Source of the DNA: Callorhinchus milii
Taxonomy: Eukaryota
Reading direction: 5' to 3'
DNA: 64,000 bases
Assembly: GCF_018977255.1 (NCBI RefSeq)
Contig: NW_024704742.1
Location: 35,280,001 to 35,344,000 of the forward strand
Part shown: piece by piece, positions 27,648-41,470 of the stretch
Layout: each line of letters begins with the position of its first letter
Position numbering within the stretch: the stretch's first letter is position 1
Made by a program: the position numbers and the translations under genes
Notes under the pieces: generated by a model
Database searches by the model: none
What the model was told of the DNA's origin: nothing
Seen by the model: the letters and a program-made list of their open reading frames with translations, nothing else

Positions 27648-30479
27648 CTATGTGGTTTGTTTGACAGTATGAAGAGGAACCTGTTCCATCTTCTGTTTTC
27701 TTTCTCTCAACAGCTTGGTAGAGAGATTGTAAAGGGGAAAGTTAGCAGAGTCGAACTAAAACTTAGTTTTCCATCACTTTGGACAGACTGATGAAGTGAC
27801 TTTTTCAAACTGAATAGGGTTAAGAAATGGAATTGTTTCAATTTAGACGTGCTTCTGAACATCTTTGAATGTAGAATGAAGCTGGAAGATGTGTTTGGAA
27901 CCTCTTGAAAAAGATGAGATATATCTGTGTGGATATTTGGTAGTATTGCCCACAAATACACATTCACTCCATTTCACAGTAAATCCTATGAAGTGCTTTG
28001 GGACATCCTCCTGACGTAAAAGGCACTTTGCCAAATGCAAGGGATTTATTATTATTAATAATAATTATTAGGATTGAGAGTGGCCACTGGAAGTGGATGT
28101 GTAAGAGTCATAGTTCCAAGTGTTCGGTCTGATCTTGTCATAGTGAAACTATTGGGGTGAAACCTGATAAAATATGAATGCTCTTGTGATAATATTTTAA
28201 AATATGAATGAGTGCACACACTTCAAGAACACTTAAGAGCAAGAATATACTTAATATACACAACCTGATGCGATGTGAAGTTAAATAAGATACTAAAGAA
28301 AGTATAGAGGACAGGAAAGGAGCCATACTAAAGCATGACCTAAATAAACATATGAATTAGGATGTGGTGAAGGAGACTTTAGTGTTATCCCTCAGTGGGC
28401 ATCAATCTATTTTAATACAATATGCAAATACTTGTATTCCCTCATGCAGTTTATTGTGTGTGCTGTGTAGAAGCTAAAATGGAAAAATATGTGCCATTGC
28501 TTTTTTTTGTTTAAAACAAGCAACAATTCTACTTATCGAAGTATAGGACCATTATATTTTGGAAGTGAATATTTTTTCCAGCAAAAGTAAGAATGTCCTT
28601 CTGCCGTACTGTAAACTTTCGAGGATTCTATTAATTCCTCTTTTTTGGGCATCAATCTATTTTATCTCAGTGCTATCAAGCCTTAGTTGTATGACATGTT
28701 AAATATGCTTCAGGGCTTTTCCTACATTGCACCAAAGAGAAAAAAAACACTGACTGATTTGCCATAATGACAATCCAAATGTAATGCAAACAATGTTGTG
28801 TTTGACCATGAATATCCTCGTTTCACCTCTGCCTTGGATCAAACTGTTTTAGCATATATTAGCATTATTCAATCACCCACTAGTCCTCCTTCGGGAATAC
28901 CTTGTTAGGCATGTGCAATGCTTGTGATTAGCATAGAAAATGGCACGCATGACTCATTTAAATATGCACCATGCATTTTATTCAGTTCTGACAGTCCTCC
29001 AAAATCACATGTAGAGTATACTACACAGAGGCAGTTCAAAGCCGAATATCATAAGACAAAAGTTAACCTCTTGATTCTGAATGTCTCAAGAATTAAGTTA
29101 AAGCTTTTGGAACTTCAAATAGAAGCTAAACCCAACTGCAGATTATAACTAAAATTCTAAAACAAGCGTGGAGGAAAAATCAATTGGATCCTTCCAGTAA
29201 AATTACAACAGTTTACAGTATATCCTGTGAGGCACTTTGAGACATCTTGACGACTTGATAAACTCTGTATCAAATACCAGAATGATTATTATTATCAATA
29301 AAGGTATTTAAAGTTGGGTGTATTTCAGCAATGTTCAAAGACATTCTAAGGAGAATCCGTTTTCCTAATGCTCAATGTGAAAAATGGGATATCATTGTGA
29401 AACGCGAAGAGACAATGTCGTACTTGTGTCTGACAAAAATAAAGTGAAATGTAAAGAATAAACTTCAAGATGCCTCTGAATTGAATGTCAGTGTCAGGAT
29501 CCTCAAATCATACATAAAATAGACCTAATGTCCATATTGACCATGCTGCTTGTTTCATGTTGTAATAGATTATAGGGAGAAGCACTAGTAAGAATTCCAA
29601 AAATACTCCATAGGCCCTGACAGTTTGTGTACTGCTGGATCCATGCAAGTGTGGGAAGCAGTTGTTCACTGATAAATGGAAGTTTTATTGTAATCAGATA
29701 TTGAGGTCTCTTTTACAATATCCGTAAACAGATGTCATATCACTGATTGCAGTTTCTATTGGGAATATTAAAAACTATCTAACTTAAGGTATTCGCAAAA
29801 TAGCAATTTGTAATTTCCAAAAGCCAGCGAAGTACAAAAAAGATTGGAGAGTAAAATGGCCTGATGGTTTATTTTGATTAAATGAATTCTTGCCTAAAAC
29901 ACACCTAAAAAGTTCTTTCATGAATATATTAAAACGCTACCAACTGTGCGGGCTTGGATATTTAAATTCAAACATTCCAGAGTTGAGACAGATTATTCAA
30001 TTTTATAGAATTGAAGGAAATTTTGCCATTAATTGTATTGTTTTGAGACAGCACTTTCACAAGATATGTGGTATGCACAGCAAAGGAGAGCAGATGGGCA
30101 AATATCAAGAATCAAGAATACAGTCTGAATAACAGCTCTTACAGAATTCCTCACCACACCAGATTATTCCATATTGGCTGAGTTCAACTGTTTATTTTTC
30201 CAATGATATAGGTTTTAAATGATGATGTACTTGTCATTTGCCAAGAGATATTCCAATTGATTAAACGTATATGAGATAACATGGAGTTAAATTCTGCTGA
30301 GCACTAAAAATGGAACCTGGATCCAAATGGAATAATTATCTAACATTTCTCATGGATGCTTCAACAACGACATGAATTTATATAGCTCCCTTCACGCAGG
30401 CAGCGTTAATGGTGGTGGAGCCTGATGCCGAGCTGGGGGAGGGAGGCTTCCTGCTGGTTATACAATTTTCTCTGCAAAT

Positions 30480-30812
30480 ATATCCACCACAATCTAGTGC
30501 AGTGCAATAACGGGGGAGCACTGCATTGTCAGAGGTGCCGTCCTTCCCATGAGACGTTAAACTGAGGTCCCATGGGTGGACAGAAAAAATCCATCTCACT
30601 ATTCAAAAAGAGAATGGAGTTTATCCCAAAGTCCACAAATAAAAATCGGTCATTCATTTCTGAGCTGTTTGTGGAACATTGGCATGTACAAGTTGGCTGC
30701 CATGTTCACTCACAAAAATAGTGGCAAAACTTTACAGTAGATCCTGTGAAGTGCTTTGAGACATCTTGGCAATGTGTCAAGACACTATATAAAATGTAAG
30801 AATTATTATTAT
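30480..30812 (+). mobile_element. Deu-type SINE, 5'-truncated
   Basis: 'gcactgcattgtcagaggtgccgtccttcccatgagacgttaaactgaggtcc' through to the tail. Confidence 0.8.
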
Positions 30813-31126
30813 AAACTATTTTGTAACTGAAATGTTAGAGGTTCTGACTTTTCTTGTTAATGTTTCGCTAGCAATGGTCTGATAAACTAGAAGCTAGTTA
30901 TAAAGAAAAGTACATAATAATTTATCCAACATGTTGACACAGCGCCAATGCATGAGGCAGCAAAGCAGTGGTAAAACCGAAAAGTTGCCTTTACCATTAG
31001 AGGCAATGATATTTTACCCAGTCCAGGTAGCAGCAATGATATGAATGCAATTACATTCAGTATTTCTTGCTGTGAGTGACAGTCATATCGGTAACAGTGG
31101 AGTCGAATCGTGGTACATTTGCAAAT

Positions 31127-31282
31127 GGATTTGTAAATAGTGAATCCCGGATATGTCACAGTCAACCATCAAGAATTCCGCATGGAAGCCAATTTCATAG
31201 AAGTTGAAATTTAAAATTGGTGTCAAAGTATAGATACAGAAAATTAGCCACAACACATCTGGGATTCGCTATTTACAAATCC
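31127..31282. repeat. 30-bp inverted repeat with a 96-bp spacer (MITE-like)
   Basis: 31127-31156 matches the reverse complement of 31253-31282 at 27/30 positions; all mismatches are transitions. Confidence 0.75.
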
Positions 31283-32004
31283 TTTAATGAATTTTGCAAA
31301 TTAGTCCTCTTATAAAAGTAATCTTATAAAAGAATTGTGAAGACTTTTATTCCATATGGAGATGCATGGATGAATATGTTAACTGTTACGTGAATTAATT
31401 TGTTCCATCATATGATTTAAAGCTGGTGCTGCATTATGCAATGGAGTGCAGTACAGAAGAAAGCGAATGACCATATTGTCTGCTAACATGACAGCTTGGC
31501 TCAGATGGTAGAACTCTCCCCTCTGGATCAGAAGGTTGTGCCTTGAAAGCAATTCTGGGATTTGAGTTCCTACTCTAGTCCAATGCTTCAATCCTATTAC
31601 TGCGATTTTACTGTGCAAATATTGACTCCTGTGTTCACTTACAAAAATCTGCTATCGCTATAGTTTACAGAAAAAAACTTTTTGAGCTGTTATAGGTGCT
31701 ATATCAAATGTCAGGTTTATTATAATAGAAGTTAAATAGAATTATTTACCCTTTCATGATGAGCAATTAAAAATCCCTTCTTGGCTCACTGCAAATGGAA
31801 ATAAATTCAAAGCTCCATAAATTTTATGACAAGCTGGTTTAAACTGATGCTTATCCTGGTGTTTTGGTGCTGTATCTCCTCCTGGTCTCTCCAGATGGAT
31901 CAGCAGGTAAATACATAGTGTAGTAGGGCCTGCGGCATAACAATTAGAAGTGTTCCATGTTTTAAATTATATCTCTGTTGAGGTAATTATTGACTGAACC
32001 ACAA

Positions 32005-32065
32005 GTGTGTGTGTGTGTATGTGTTTGTGTGGGCATGTGGCGCACATGTGTGTGTGTGTGTGTGT
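32005..32065. repeat. (TG)n microsatellite, interrupted
   Basis: Seen directly. Confidence 0.85.
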
Positions 32066-32084
32066 AGGTGGGTGGGGGGGGAGA

Positions 32085-32500
32085 AGGACTATTGTTACAG
32101 AAGTGATACAGAGAATCATTGGTGACTTTGACCAGGGTAGTCTCGATACTGTGGGCAGCACAGAAGATGGATTGGAGAGGCTCATGCAAGGAAAGGAAAG
32201 AGCAAAGCTGGGAAGCAATGACTTGTTCCAGTTGGGTCAAGGGAAGGTTTTAACAGGAAATGGGTAATGGTGGCTGTTTTGAATGGGGTGGGAACTGTGC
32301 CAGTGGACAGTGTTCATTAGGAGAGAGCAAGGAGGTGGAGCTGGAAGCTCAGCACAGAAGGTTGGGGATGGGGTCAGGGAGCATATGGTGGGCTTCATTC
32401 GGTAGATGATGGAGGAGATGGAAGAGGGAGAGATGGGATTGAAGCTTTAAGGGAGGGGTGGGTAGAGGCTGGGTGGGGGGTGGAGGCAGCGCAAAGGGGA
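32085..32500 (-). mobile_element. L2 RT-domain fragment
   Basis: Minus-strand translation LEQVIASQLCSFL...EPLQSIFCAAHSIETTLVKVTND resembles the L2 motif 'QSGFRxxHSTETALxKVxND'. Confidence 0.8.
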
Positions 32501-32574
32501 TCACTACTCCCTGGCAAGTGAACCACTTTTATACACAAGAAACTGAATAATTTAACATTTAAATATTCTTAAAA

Positions 32575-32879
32575 TACTTGCATTTGATATAGCACTTTTC
32601 ACGTCTTCTAGACGTCTCAAAGCACTTCACAGAATATACTGTAAAGTGAATTGACTGCATATTTGTGGGCGAAACGCGGCAGCCAATTGCACACAGCAGT
32701 GTCCCACAAACAGTCGTGGATTGAGTGACCAGATTATTATTTTATTGTTTTTTTTTCTTGAGGGATTTTTATCAGGCGTGTGGAGTAAGGAAACTTGCCC
32801 AAGGTTTAATCCTGCCTGGAATTGAACCCAGGTCTCTCGCTTGCGAGGCGAGTGCTCTACCACTGAGCTACATGACTCC
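32575..32879 (-). mobile_element. tRNA-Ala-headed SINE, short subfamily A
   Basis: Full length; 'cactcaatccacgac' and 'gagacgtctagaagacgtg' diagnostics shared with the 36866 copy. Confidence 0.93.
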
Positions 32880-35339
32880 AATGTTCTTATGTTGACGCTC
32901 TGCATAACAGGGTCCAGGATGAATAGAATAACCTGGAACACAAATAATCACCATAGGCATCAGGCTAGCTTTAGTGCCATCACTGATTATAAAACTCAGC
33001 TCAATGTGAGAAATCATCAGCTTTGTAATGAATCATATTTTTAAAAGAAAGCGAATGCTTAAAATTGTCAAGAATGAGGAGACCTTACTTAACCATCATA
33101 TCCAATCCCTGATGAAATGTTTTTATGGAAAGCGAACGATAAGATTCTTTTGTTGACTGATTGCAATCTGGATTCATTGAAAGAATCTCTTTTATTCTTG
33201 ATAAGATATTTATAAGCGAGGATTCAGGCCGAAAGAATCATTAAATATAAATCTTGTTGGCATTTCAATTTTCCCACTAGAATTCTTTTTTGATGCAGAG
33301 GTAGGATTATTGGTTCTTTCATTACTAGTTTCCTTATAGAAACAGCTGTTTTATACACAGAGCTTACCCTGATACATGCTCATGAGCTGCAGTAATGCTG
33401 AATAGTTTAAAACCATGCGATTTAGTAAATACACAGCGTACTTCTCTTAATTCATTTCAGTCACAAATCAGTTAAACACTCTTCTCTAAATACCAGCTGG
33501 TCACTATAGTTTGATTGGTCCTCTTTACAAAATACTGAATAGCTTGTCAACCTGATCTCTGCCTGGTTCAATGAGTGTTTTGCATGTATGTTTAAAAACT
33601 ATCATGCCATTGTGACTTTCATCAATGTTAAGCTCCATACCAAACATAACTAGTTTTGGGAAGAAATAATTGTCTAACGGTATCTATAAACAGCTGAATG
33701 TACAAACAGCTGATCCAAAACAAAATATATATATGAATAACTTTTCTCTAAGTGTTTCTTGCACAAAAAGTAATGAAAGTATTTGAAAAAATAATTGCTC
33801 CAGAACAAAATTACAATGTCAGGCAGGGAAATATTTTGTGTGTGTGTGTTGAATGATTAACCATTGAACTGCTGATAGGTTTGCGGCAACTGCCGTCTGT
33901 TTTGTCCAAGCTCGCACCCTGTGACCCTAAATTAAATACTGATACTGATTTATTGAACCATCATTATTACTGCCATGTTAATCTGAACCCATTCGATATA
34001 TAAAACATTTTTCACAATCTTTATAGGCAAGTCCATCAAGGTTTATTGTGTTGTCTCATGCAAGAAGAAGGTCACTTTTACAAAGATGGCCACCAATGGT
34101 GATGGTACTGTACCCCAGCATTAATCAGGAGCCTCGGGAAAGAGGGAATCAGGAAAGGTACCTGAAGAAGAAACATTTCCATTGCTACAAATCTGATTAG
34201 TGAATAATAAGCGGACCATTCTCATATCATCCCTGATTCACCTATAAATCCCTTCATGTCCTGACTCTTCCTTATCTCTCCGATCTACTCTTACCCCACT
34301 CCTCTGCTCGGCTAATTTAGGCTTGCTTCGCACCCCCAGCCCACTCTACACAAAGGATAATGTCTCAGAGTGCTTCATGGTGATGGAGTGTGGCGAGACA
34401 GAAACTCATCTCATTCCTTTTTGAAACCCTAGGCACCCTAGAAAGGGAATTCAGATTTAAATGTATCAGTGGAAATCCATAAACATCCACGCTGTTCTGT
34501 GCCCTGAGATTTCCAGAGCAGCCTGGCCTCCAATGAGTAAATGTGGCTCTCACACATGATTCCTGGCAGAGCTCTGTCATGATAGCTAAGCCCACCGCAC
34601 AAAAGGAAATGTCCTTGCACTTTCATTAAAATTAAGAAATAACTGCATAATCACAAAATGAAAGGCGTTATCTTTATTACCTTCTGACCTGCATTATATC
34701 CTTTAGTTTTTTTAATTTACGTGGGTTTAACTTTATTTCATTTGTAATCTCTATCACTGTAATTTTATTCACATGGGATTATTTACAGATGCATACTAAA
34801 ACTGTGCAGCTTCAACTGGAAATACCTGTTCCATGAGGAATTAAGTGAGTTGTGGCAAAAGTAAACCCATGTGGGATCGCTGAGCTCCTCTCTCCATCTG
34901 CTAAGCTGATAGAGAGACATATTGACTGCAGCTTCAGAAAATACAAAATTTTATCTGTCAGATTACACTCCAATGATAGAGCGTGTTGACAGATGTTGAA
35001 AGCTGTAATATTTGAAAAGAATAAACACATGGTCGTTTTAATGGAAGGATTTTCCTGTGAGGAATGAAACCATTACCTAAAAGCAGATTATACTTGAGTA
35101 GGTCAGCAAAGTCGAGAGGACATTAATATGAAGCATCTAGAAATCATCATAAATATGTAATTACAATAGCCTCATTTGATGATTAGTATATCTATGGAAG
35201 AGGGTAAAAGGCTTTATGAATGAGACATGATTTGGGGTTACCGTTTCGATCCATTTTTCACAATTCAAGGGTATTAACTGTAGCCAACGCTGTGGGAATA
35301 AAATCTCCACGAAATGGTTGCTGACTATTTTCTGCAGTT

Positions 35340-35735
35340 ACATAGAAACATAGAAACAGGAGTAGGCCATTCAGCCCCTTGAGCCTCTTCCGCCATTCTC
35401 TAAGATCACGGCAGATCTGTACCTCAAGTCTAATTACCTGCCCTTGCACCATATCCTTTAATACCCTGACCTAACAAATATCTATCTGCCTCTGTTTTGA
35501 AAATGTGAATGGATTCAACAGCCACAGACTTTTGGGGGAGAGTTCCAGATTTCCACTACGCTTTGGGTGAAAAACTGCCTCCTAATTTCACTACTAAATG
35601 GCCCAGCTCTCATTTTAAGCTTATGCCCCCTTGCTCTGGATTCCCCCACCAGAGGAAATAGCTTCTCGTATCTACCCTATATACCCTTTATTATTTTAAA
35701 AACCTCAATCAGATCACCCCTCAACCATCTAAACT
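35340..35735 (-). mobile_element. CR1-clade LINE 3' end
   Basis: Terminal repeat 'catagaaacatagaaa', then 'caggagtaggccattcagcccc...gggagagttccagatttccactac...aatcagatcacccctca'. Confidence 0.88.
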
Positions 35736-36865
35736 CAACCACAGTTCTTAGTTTCTCATCATTTAGAAAATATTCTGTTTTGCTATTTTTGGATGCATAG
35801 TGGATATGAATAATAATATGGATATAGTTCACAGTTACATTACGGTTAATTTTACCACAGTATTTAGGTTTTAAATAAATAAACTCCAGATATGAATCGT
35901 GAGCACAAAAGTCATTGTGGAATCATTCACAGCTCATTGCCATTCAGTTTCGATGATCAAATTGCTTAATGACAAGAGGAAAATTGTTTTATTATGAGTG
36001 ACAACTTTCAGAACGAGGTTGTGGCCTCACTGGCTGTATGAAAATGCAGTTCGCCTCCTCTGCAATGCTGCAGTTCAGATCTTAGGGCCGGCTTGTGGTT
36101 CTGGTGTAAGAGGGTAAAATCGAGTCAAAAGATGGTCTAAAATATTGAGACTTTCTAGAGATGTTGAAATAGAACCTCAGTTACTGTTTCATTTTTCTGG
36201 CAGTGGTGGGGGTGGGAGGAGGGGCGGGTTAGGAAAGTAATCATCTTGGTGATGTTGCAATTCTCATCTTTTTATCACACTATTTCAATCTGCAGCTATT
36301 TTGCGATTCCCTAATGTTATTTTTGATGTGTTCATACGATGAGTTCAGTTGTTCAACTACAAAACATGCAGTCTCTGCACTTCACAATAAATCCACTGAA
36401 ATGTTTTGAGACGTCCCCCTGAACGTGAAAACTGCTATATCAAATGAAAGGATTATATATTATGTACATTTTGGCTCAAGAGCTGAAAATCTGTCACTGA
36501 TTAGATTTAACCCTGGTAGACCACCAGAATCAAATATACAATAACTAAGATTAAGAAAGTATAGTGGTTGCTCCTACAAAGTGCCTCAAAGCAAAACCAT
36601 AAATAAGGCCACAAAATCAACTAAGATCAAATCTGCAATTCCAATAAATACACTACAGATTGCAATTTTGTTGATGGACATTTCTGGGGCAAAGGTCAGG
36701 AATCAAACCACTTATATCTGTGATAGGGATCCACTTAATTAACAAACGGAATGAACTTGTACTCCATAAAAAAATAGTATGCCAATAACTTAAGCTTCAG
36801 AAAACAATTTGATTTAAACTAATTATTTTTATTCAGTGCATCGCAATATCCTTGTTGACAATAAA

Positions 36866-37174
36866 AGTCCTAGAGCTCAGTGGTTAGAGCACTCGCCTCG
36901 CAAGCGAGAGACCTGGGTTCGATTCCCGGCAGGGTGAAACCTTGGGCAAATTTCCTTACTCCACACGCCTGATAATAATCCCTCAAGAAAAAAAATCAAG
37001 AATAATTTGGTCACCCAATCCACGACTATTTGTGGGACACTCTGTGCGCAATTGGCTGCCGCGTTTCGCCCACAAATATACAGTCAATTCACTTTACAGT
37101 ATATTCTGTGAAGCAGTTTGAGACGTCTAGAAGACGTGAAAAGCGCTATATCAAATGTAAGGATTATTATTATT
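36866..37174 (+). mobile_element. tRNA-Ala-headed SINE, short subfamily A
   Basis: A box 'gagctcagtgg', anticodon arm ctcgc-ctCGCaa-gcgag, B box 'ggttcgattcc', tail 'aagcgctatatcaaatgtaagg' + (ATT)n. Confidence 0.95.
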
Positions 37175-37399
37175 GTAGTAATCTTTCTTTGATATTGTTG
37201 AGTACGACAATATTATTGAAAAGACAATATTTGCAGAGGTTATTGTTGCTGCTTGTCAGTACAGATCATGCTTCAAGCGCTCTGAGACGCTATCCTGCAT
37301 CAAGGGTGCTAAATAAATGCGAGTTGTTTTTTGCAAGTTGTGATTTGAAAAGAGAAGGGAGTTTGTTCCATTGACCTGGCCGATAATAAAATTTGTAAA

Positions 37400-37568
37400 A
37401 TAAAATTTGCCATTCGTTTGTGGGACATTGCTGTGCACAATTGAGTTGCTGGGTTCGCCTTCAAATACAGTCGTTGCACTTCTCAGTAGATCCTGCGAAG
37501 CGCTTTGGGATGTTCTCCTGACATGAAAGGTGCTCTACCAAATGCACATATTATTATTATTATTGTTG
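37400..37568 (+). mobile_element. SINE 3' half
   Basis: 'tttgtgggacattgctgtgcacaattg...gaaaggtgctctaccaaatgca'. Confidence 0.8.
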
Positions 37569-37631
37569 TTGGTGCTTCTACAAAGTGTTCCCATCATTGT
37601 GTTATAACCACCACAACTACAGCATTATGTC

Positions 37632-37795
37632 TCTTCAACCGTGCCTTCAGCTCCCCTCTCAACGCTCTACCCCCTCCTTGCTCCCTCCCTTCCCTCCCCT
37701 CACCCTGACCATTTCCCCCCTGCTCAGGTCCCGACCCAACTATCCAGCGCCTTGGGACGTCCTCCCGACTTGAAAGGCGCTCTATAAATGCAATC

Positions 37796-37829
<34 letters not shown>
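37632..37829 (+). mobile_element. L2 LINE 3' end with (GTT)n tail
   Basis: 'agcgccttgggacgtcctcccgacttgaaaggcgctctataaatgcaatc' + (TTG)n; reverse-complement match to the 5096-5325 copy. Confidence 0.88.
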
Positions 37830-40800
37830 ATGTCATTTGTTAGGAGCACCACAGTTAGATGATAGTCTATTAAACACTAAGTATACAAAGATATGTTTCA
37901 TCTGAGGTACCAGCTTCTTTGATGAGTGACAGAACAGTTAGGTCTTATTAACATCCTGTTAGTTTTGTGTGTTCCGCAGGGAGAGCCTGCCGAGGAATAC
38001 CAATGTGAACTTTTATTGAGTGCTTGTAACAAACAGGCACTGTGCATTTCTGGCCTGCGTTGCCTTTATTTTTATTGCTCTGTAAATTCATCAAGCTGTT
38101 TGAAAGTAATTTTAATGACCCAGAAAACCATCAGTGCACACTCTGGTATGGTGGAACAATAGGGGTTCTTGGCTGCAGTAGTGCAATCTAAAATGTGGTC
38201 TACAGGCAACAGAAGCCATGCGGAAGTCCTTGGTCTGTTTTCTTGAGCCCTTAAGGGTCGTTTTTATATGTAAACAGGCTGACAGGACCAAAATGCTAAA
38301 AAAAAAGTTGCAGTGCAGTATATTATCAGGCTTTCATAAAATACATTTTTATGCTAAATTTGAATCGATTTGTTTGATTATGGGTACAAAATCTAATTAT
38401 TTCATATTGTGAATGGTGGTACCCTGTTATCATGACATCAGGGAGTTAATATGGGCTACAGATGGTGCATACATATTCTGAAAAAAAGCTGCTCAGTTAT
38501 TAACATACATTTGATTGCAAACTAAGAGTGTTCAGTACATAATGAAAGGATTTTACTATCACTTGCATTTATGGGAACATAATCCGTAGAAAACATATTA
38601 TGCAATAACATCATCGCCTATCTGTGATGGCATTTCAATTCATTATTAAATAGCTTCTAAAAAAATTGACTTGCTATATTTACTCTGGAACAAGATTCAA
38701 TCTGCCACCATGTTTAATGCTACATTTTTCATTATCTGGGAAGCATATGCTGAAACCGCTACAGATGATGAAGTTAGCTGCTGGGCACAGCAATCATCAA
38801 CATTTTCCATCTTTATTTTAATAAGAGGAACGGGCAATTGTTTCTGACCTTTGTGAAGGGCTACTGTAGACAGGAGAACGAGCACCAGTTCTGATAGCCA
38901 GCAGCAGTTCAGGACATGCAAAGCTGTATCCTCTAGTTATGGATAAAATACATGCAGTGATTTATGTGGTATTTGTATTTAACAAGGCACTGTGTAATAC
39001 AGCAGATTATTGCTGAGGGGATATAATGCATTTCCTATCTGTAGGATAGGGAAGCATATGTCAAAACATTGGTTTAGAAAATGACAGTATTCATTCCTAG
39101 CTAAAGCACTTACTTACTTCTGTTACATATTTACCCATCTGTACATTTCTGAATTACTATAAGATGCATTTAAATGAATTATTTTGGATTTTGGTATTTG
39201 TATAATAACTTAGAGATCTTAATTTTTGTAATGCTTTGATCAATAATATAATGGACAAGGATTTTTGTGATACCTGAACCATTAGACTTTAGGCTGAAAT
39301 GGATGATGTATATTAGATTATCCCTTTAGAAGTAAACACTATTCATAAGATTAAACCACATTACCACTGATGGGGTGCAAAAGCCAAGTAAGCACAATAC
39401 TGAATGTAGATAACAGTTTGGTGCAAAAGTAGCATAAGCACAGATAACATCATCTGCATGCATTTTTCCATCTATATTTATAGTATTTTCTGGAGAACAT
39501 AAACACCACATGTAGGCAAAGCACTATAGACCCCAAATTCCACCTAACCTTAGCCTAAAAGACAATTTTGTTTTAAAATTTAAGAGCGCAGAGAATTATA
39601 GAAAATGTTTAAATTCAGCATTAAGTCAGTTTTCAGCAGTTCTTAAAAAGATCTGGCTATGAAATTAAGACTGAATTTATGAATTTACCACACTTTCATC
39701 CAAAGTTGAATTTTAAGACCGAATAGCTAAGATCCATCTTTATTTTAATAAGAGGAGAATGTTGGGCTTTGTGTGGGACTTAAAACACCTAAAACACTAT
39801 AAATGCATAATCCTCAGAGCGTCACCAGGTGTATGGATACTCCTATCTCTGTGAGCCAATGCTTTCAGCTCTGTGTGATGGTATAAAATACATTATAGTA
39901 ATAAAAATCCTTAGCCATCAGGAATACATTTATTAACATCGTATTGAATGGATAAAATAAATTAAAAACTGGTATTTACAGTAAAAATGAATTATATTCC
40001 AGTGCAGGGGGAGGAGGGTCAGGACTCAGTGACACCTCTGGGATAGGGACGATTGCCCCCAATGTAATTAGTTAGTTCATTAGACACTTCAGCTTCACCA
40101 GGGAGATTGGACCAAAGCTCTGGCGATTGATTGGGCCTGATATGGAGGTTCCTCAAGGTTGCTGGTGGGTGACAGTGAAATTGATTTCAACAATCAATTG
40201 TCTAACTACAAGGTCAGTAAAGTACCCAAGGAGTGACGTCAGGTGGGGTCAGTCAGAGCACTGTGCCAATCTGAATTCACTGTTCCAGAAGTTGGCATAG
40301 GCATACATGGCTAGGCAGGAAATGTTTCACTTGATATAAATATAAATTGTACTGTATTGTAATAATCCTTTGATATAAAGTGGGGCCTATAATCTCAAAG
40401 TGTGTCAGAGAGCTTCTCAGGTCAATGGCAAATGTTGTGACTGTGTATTTGTAGGAAACACAGCAGCCAAGTTGGCACAGTAAGATTCACACAAACAACA
40501 ATGTAGTGCATGACCAATTTGTCTGGAGGATTGCTGGTCAGAACACAGGGAAAAAAAATCCCTTCTCTATCCTTTCTAATCAGGAAACAGATGGGAACTT
40601 TTTAGACTGGAAAAAAGTTACCCGCATGGCTACCTCAGGGATGAGTCTTAAGGCCGTTACTATTTTAAATATGTATGAACCAACTTGGCAAAGGTATCTC
40701 GCCAAAATATTCATATTTGCAAATGAAATGAAATAGTGGAAAACAAGGCAATCAGAATTTTTATCCGATTTTTGTGTTTTATAGATCTGGGCTGATAGGT

Positions 40801-41324
40801 GGTGAACATGGTTCAGTGTGTACAAGTGTAAAAGAAATACCATGGGACATCAGCAAAAGAATACACTAAAGTTGTAGCATTTTTGCTGTATTGATTGATC
40901 AGATGATATCTGAAATATCATATGCATTAGTTTTGGTTATTTCCACAAATTGCAGTAAACATTACAATACTTATTACAGTATTACAGTAATGTTTTACAT
41001 GTAATTTTGACCGCATTCTTACTTAATTTTAGAAATTAACTCTAAGATTTTTATTTGTGATGTGCTTATGTTCTTTCGCATTATTGTAATGGTTATATGA
41101 AGTTATGGAATATTTTCTCTTGGATACAAGTCATGTCATCTCATTTCATCAGCATTTCATCTGCTATACTCTGGATGAAACAGATGCATCACCACTAGAA
41201 TGATCCCCCTCTTCAAATTATGAGACGTCAAATGTCAGGCAAAATACCCAATCCTTCCTCTTCATTAGATAGCAAGAATTACAAACTTACAGTTCACCAA
41301 TGCATGTTATATATGAATGCATGC

Positions 41325-41470
41325 ATACATACATACATACATACATACATACATACATACATACATACATACATACATACATACATACATACATACATAC
41401 ATACATACATACATACATACATACATACATACATACATACATACATACATACATACATACATACATACAT
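41325..41470. repeat. Perfect (CATA)n tetranucleotide microsatellite (~36 units)
   Basis: Seen directly. Confidence 0.98.

Noticed and set aside
36870..36935. Apparent tRNA-Ala gene (also at 27590, 32820, 62755)
   Set aside because: D, anticodon and T arms are present, but there is no pairing acceptor stem and it continues directly into a SINE body; these are SINE heads
37965..38010. Strong-looking splice acceptors (here, ~54210, ~58850 and the window end)
   Set aside because: No convincing matching donor or recognisable reading frame; the one at the window end cannot be assessed
38704..38850. Perfect Kozak 'gccaccATG' followed by a ~45-codon frame
   Set aside because: No recognisable protein, promoter or splice donor; could arise by chance
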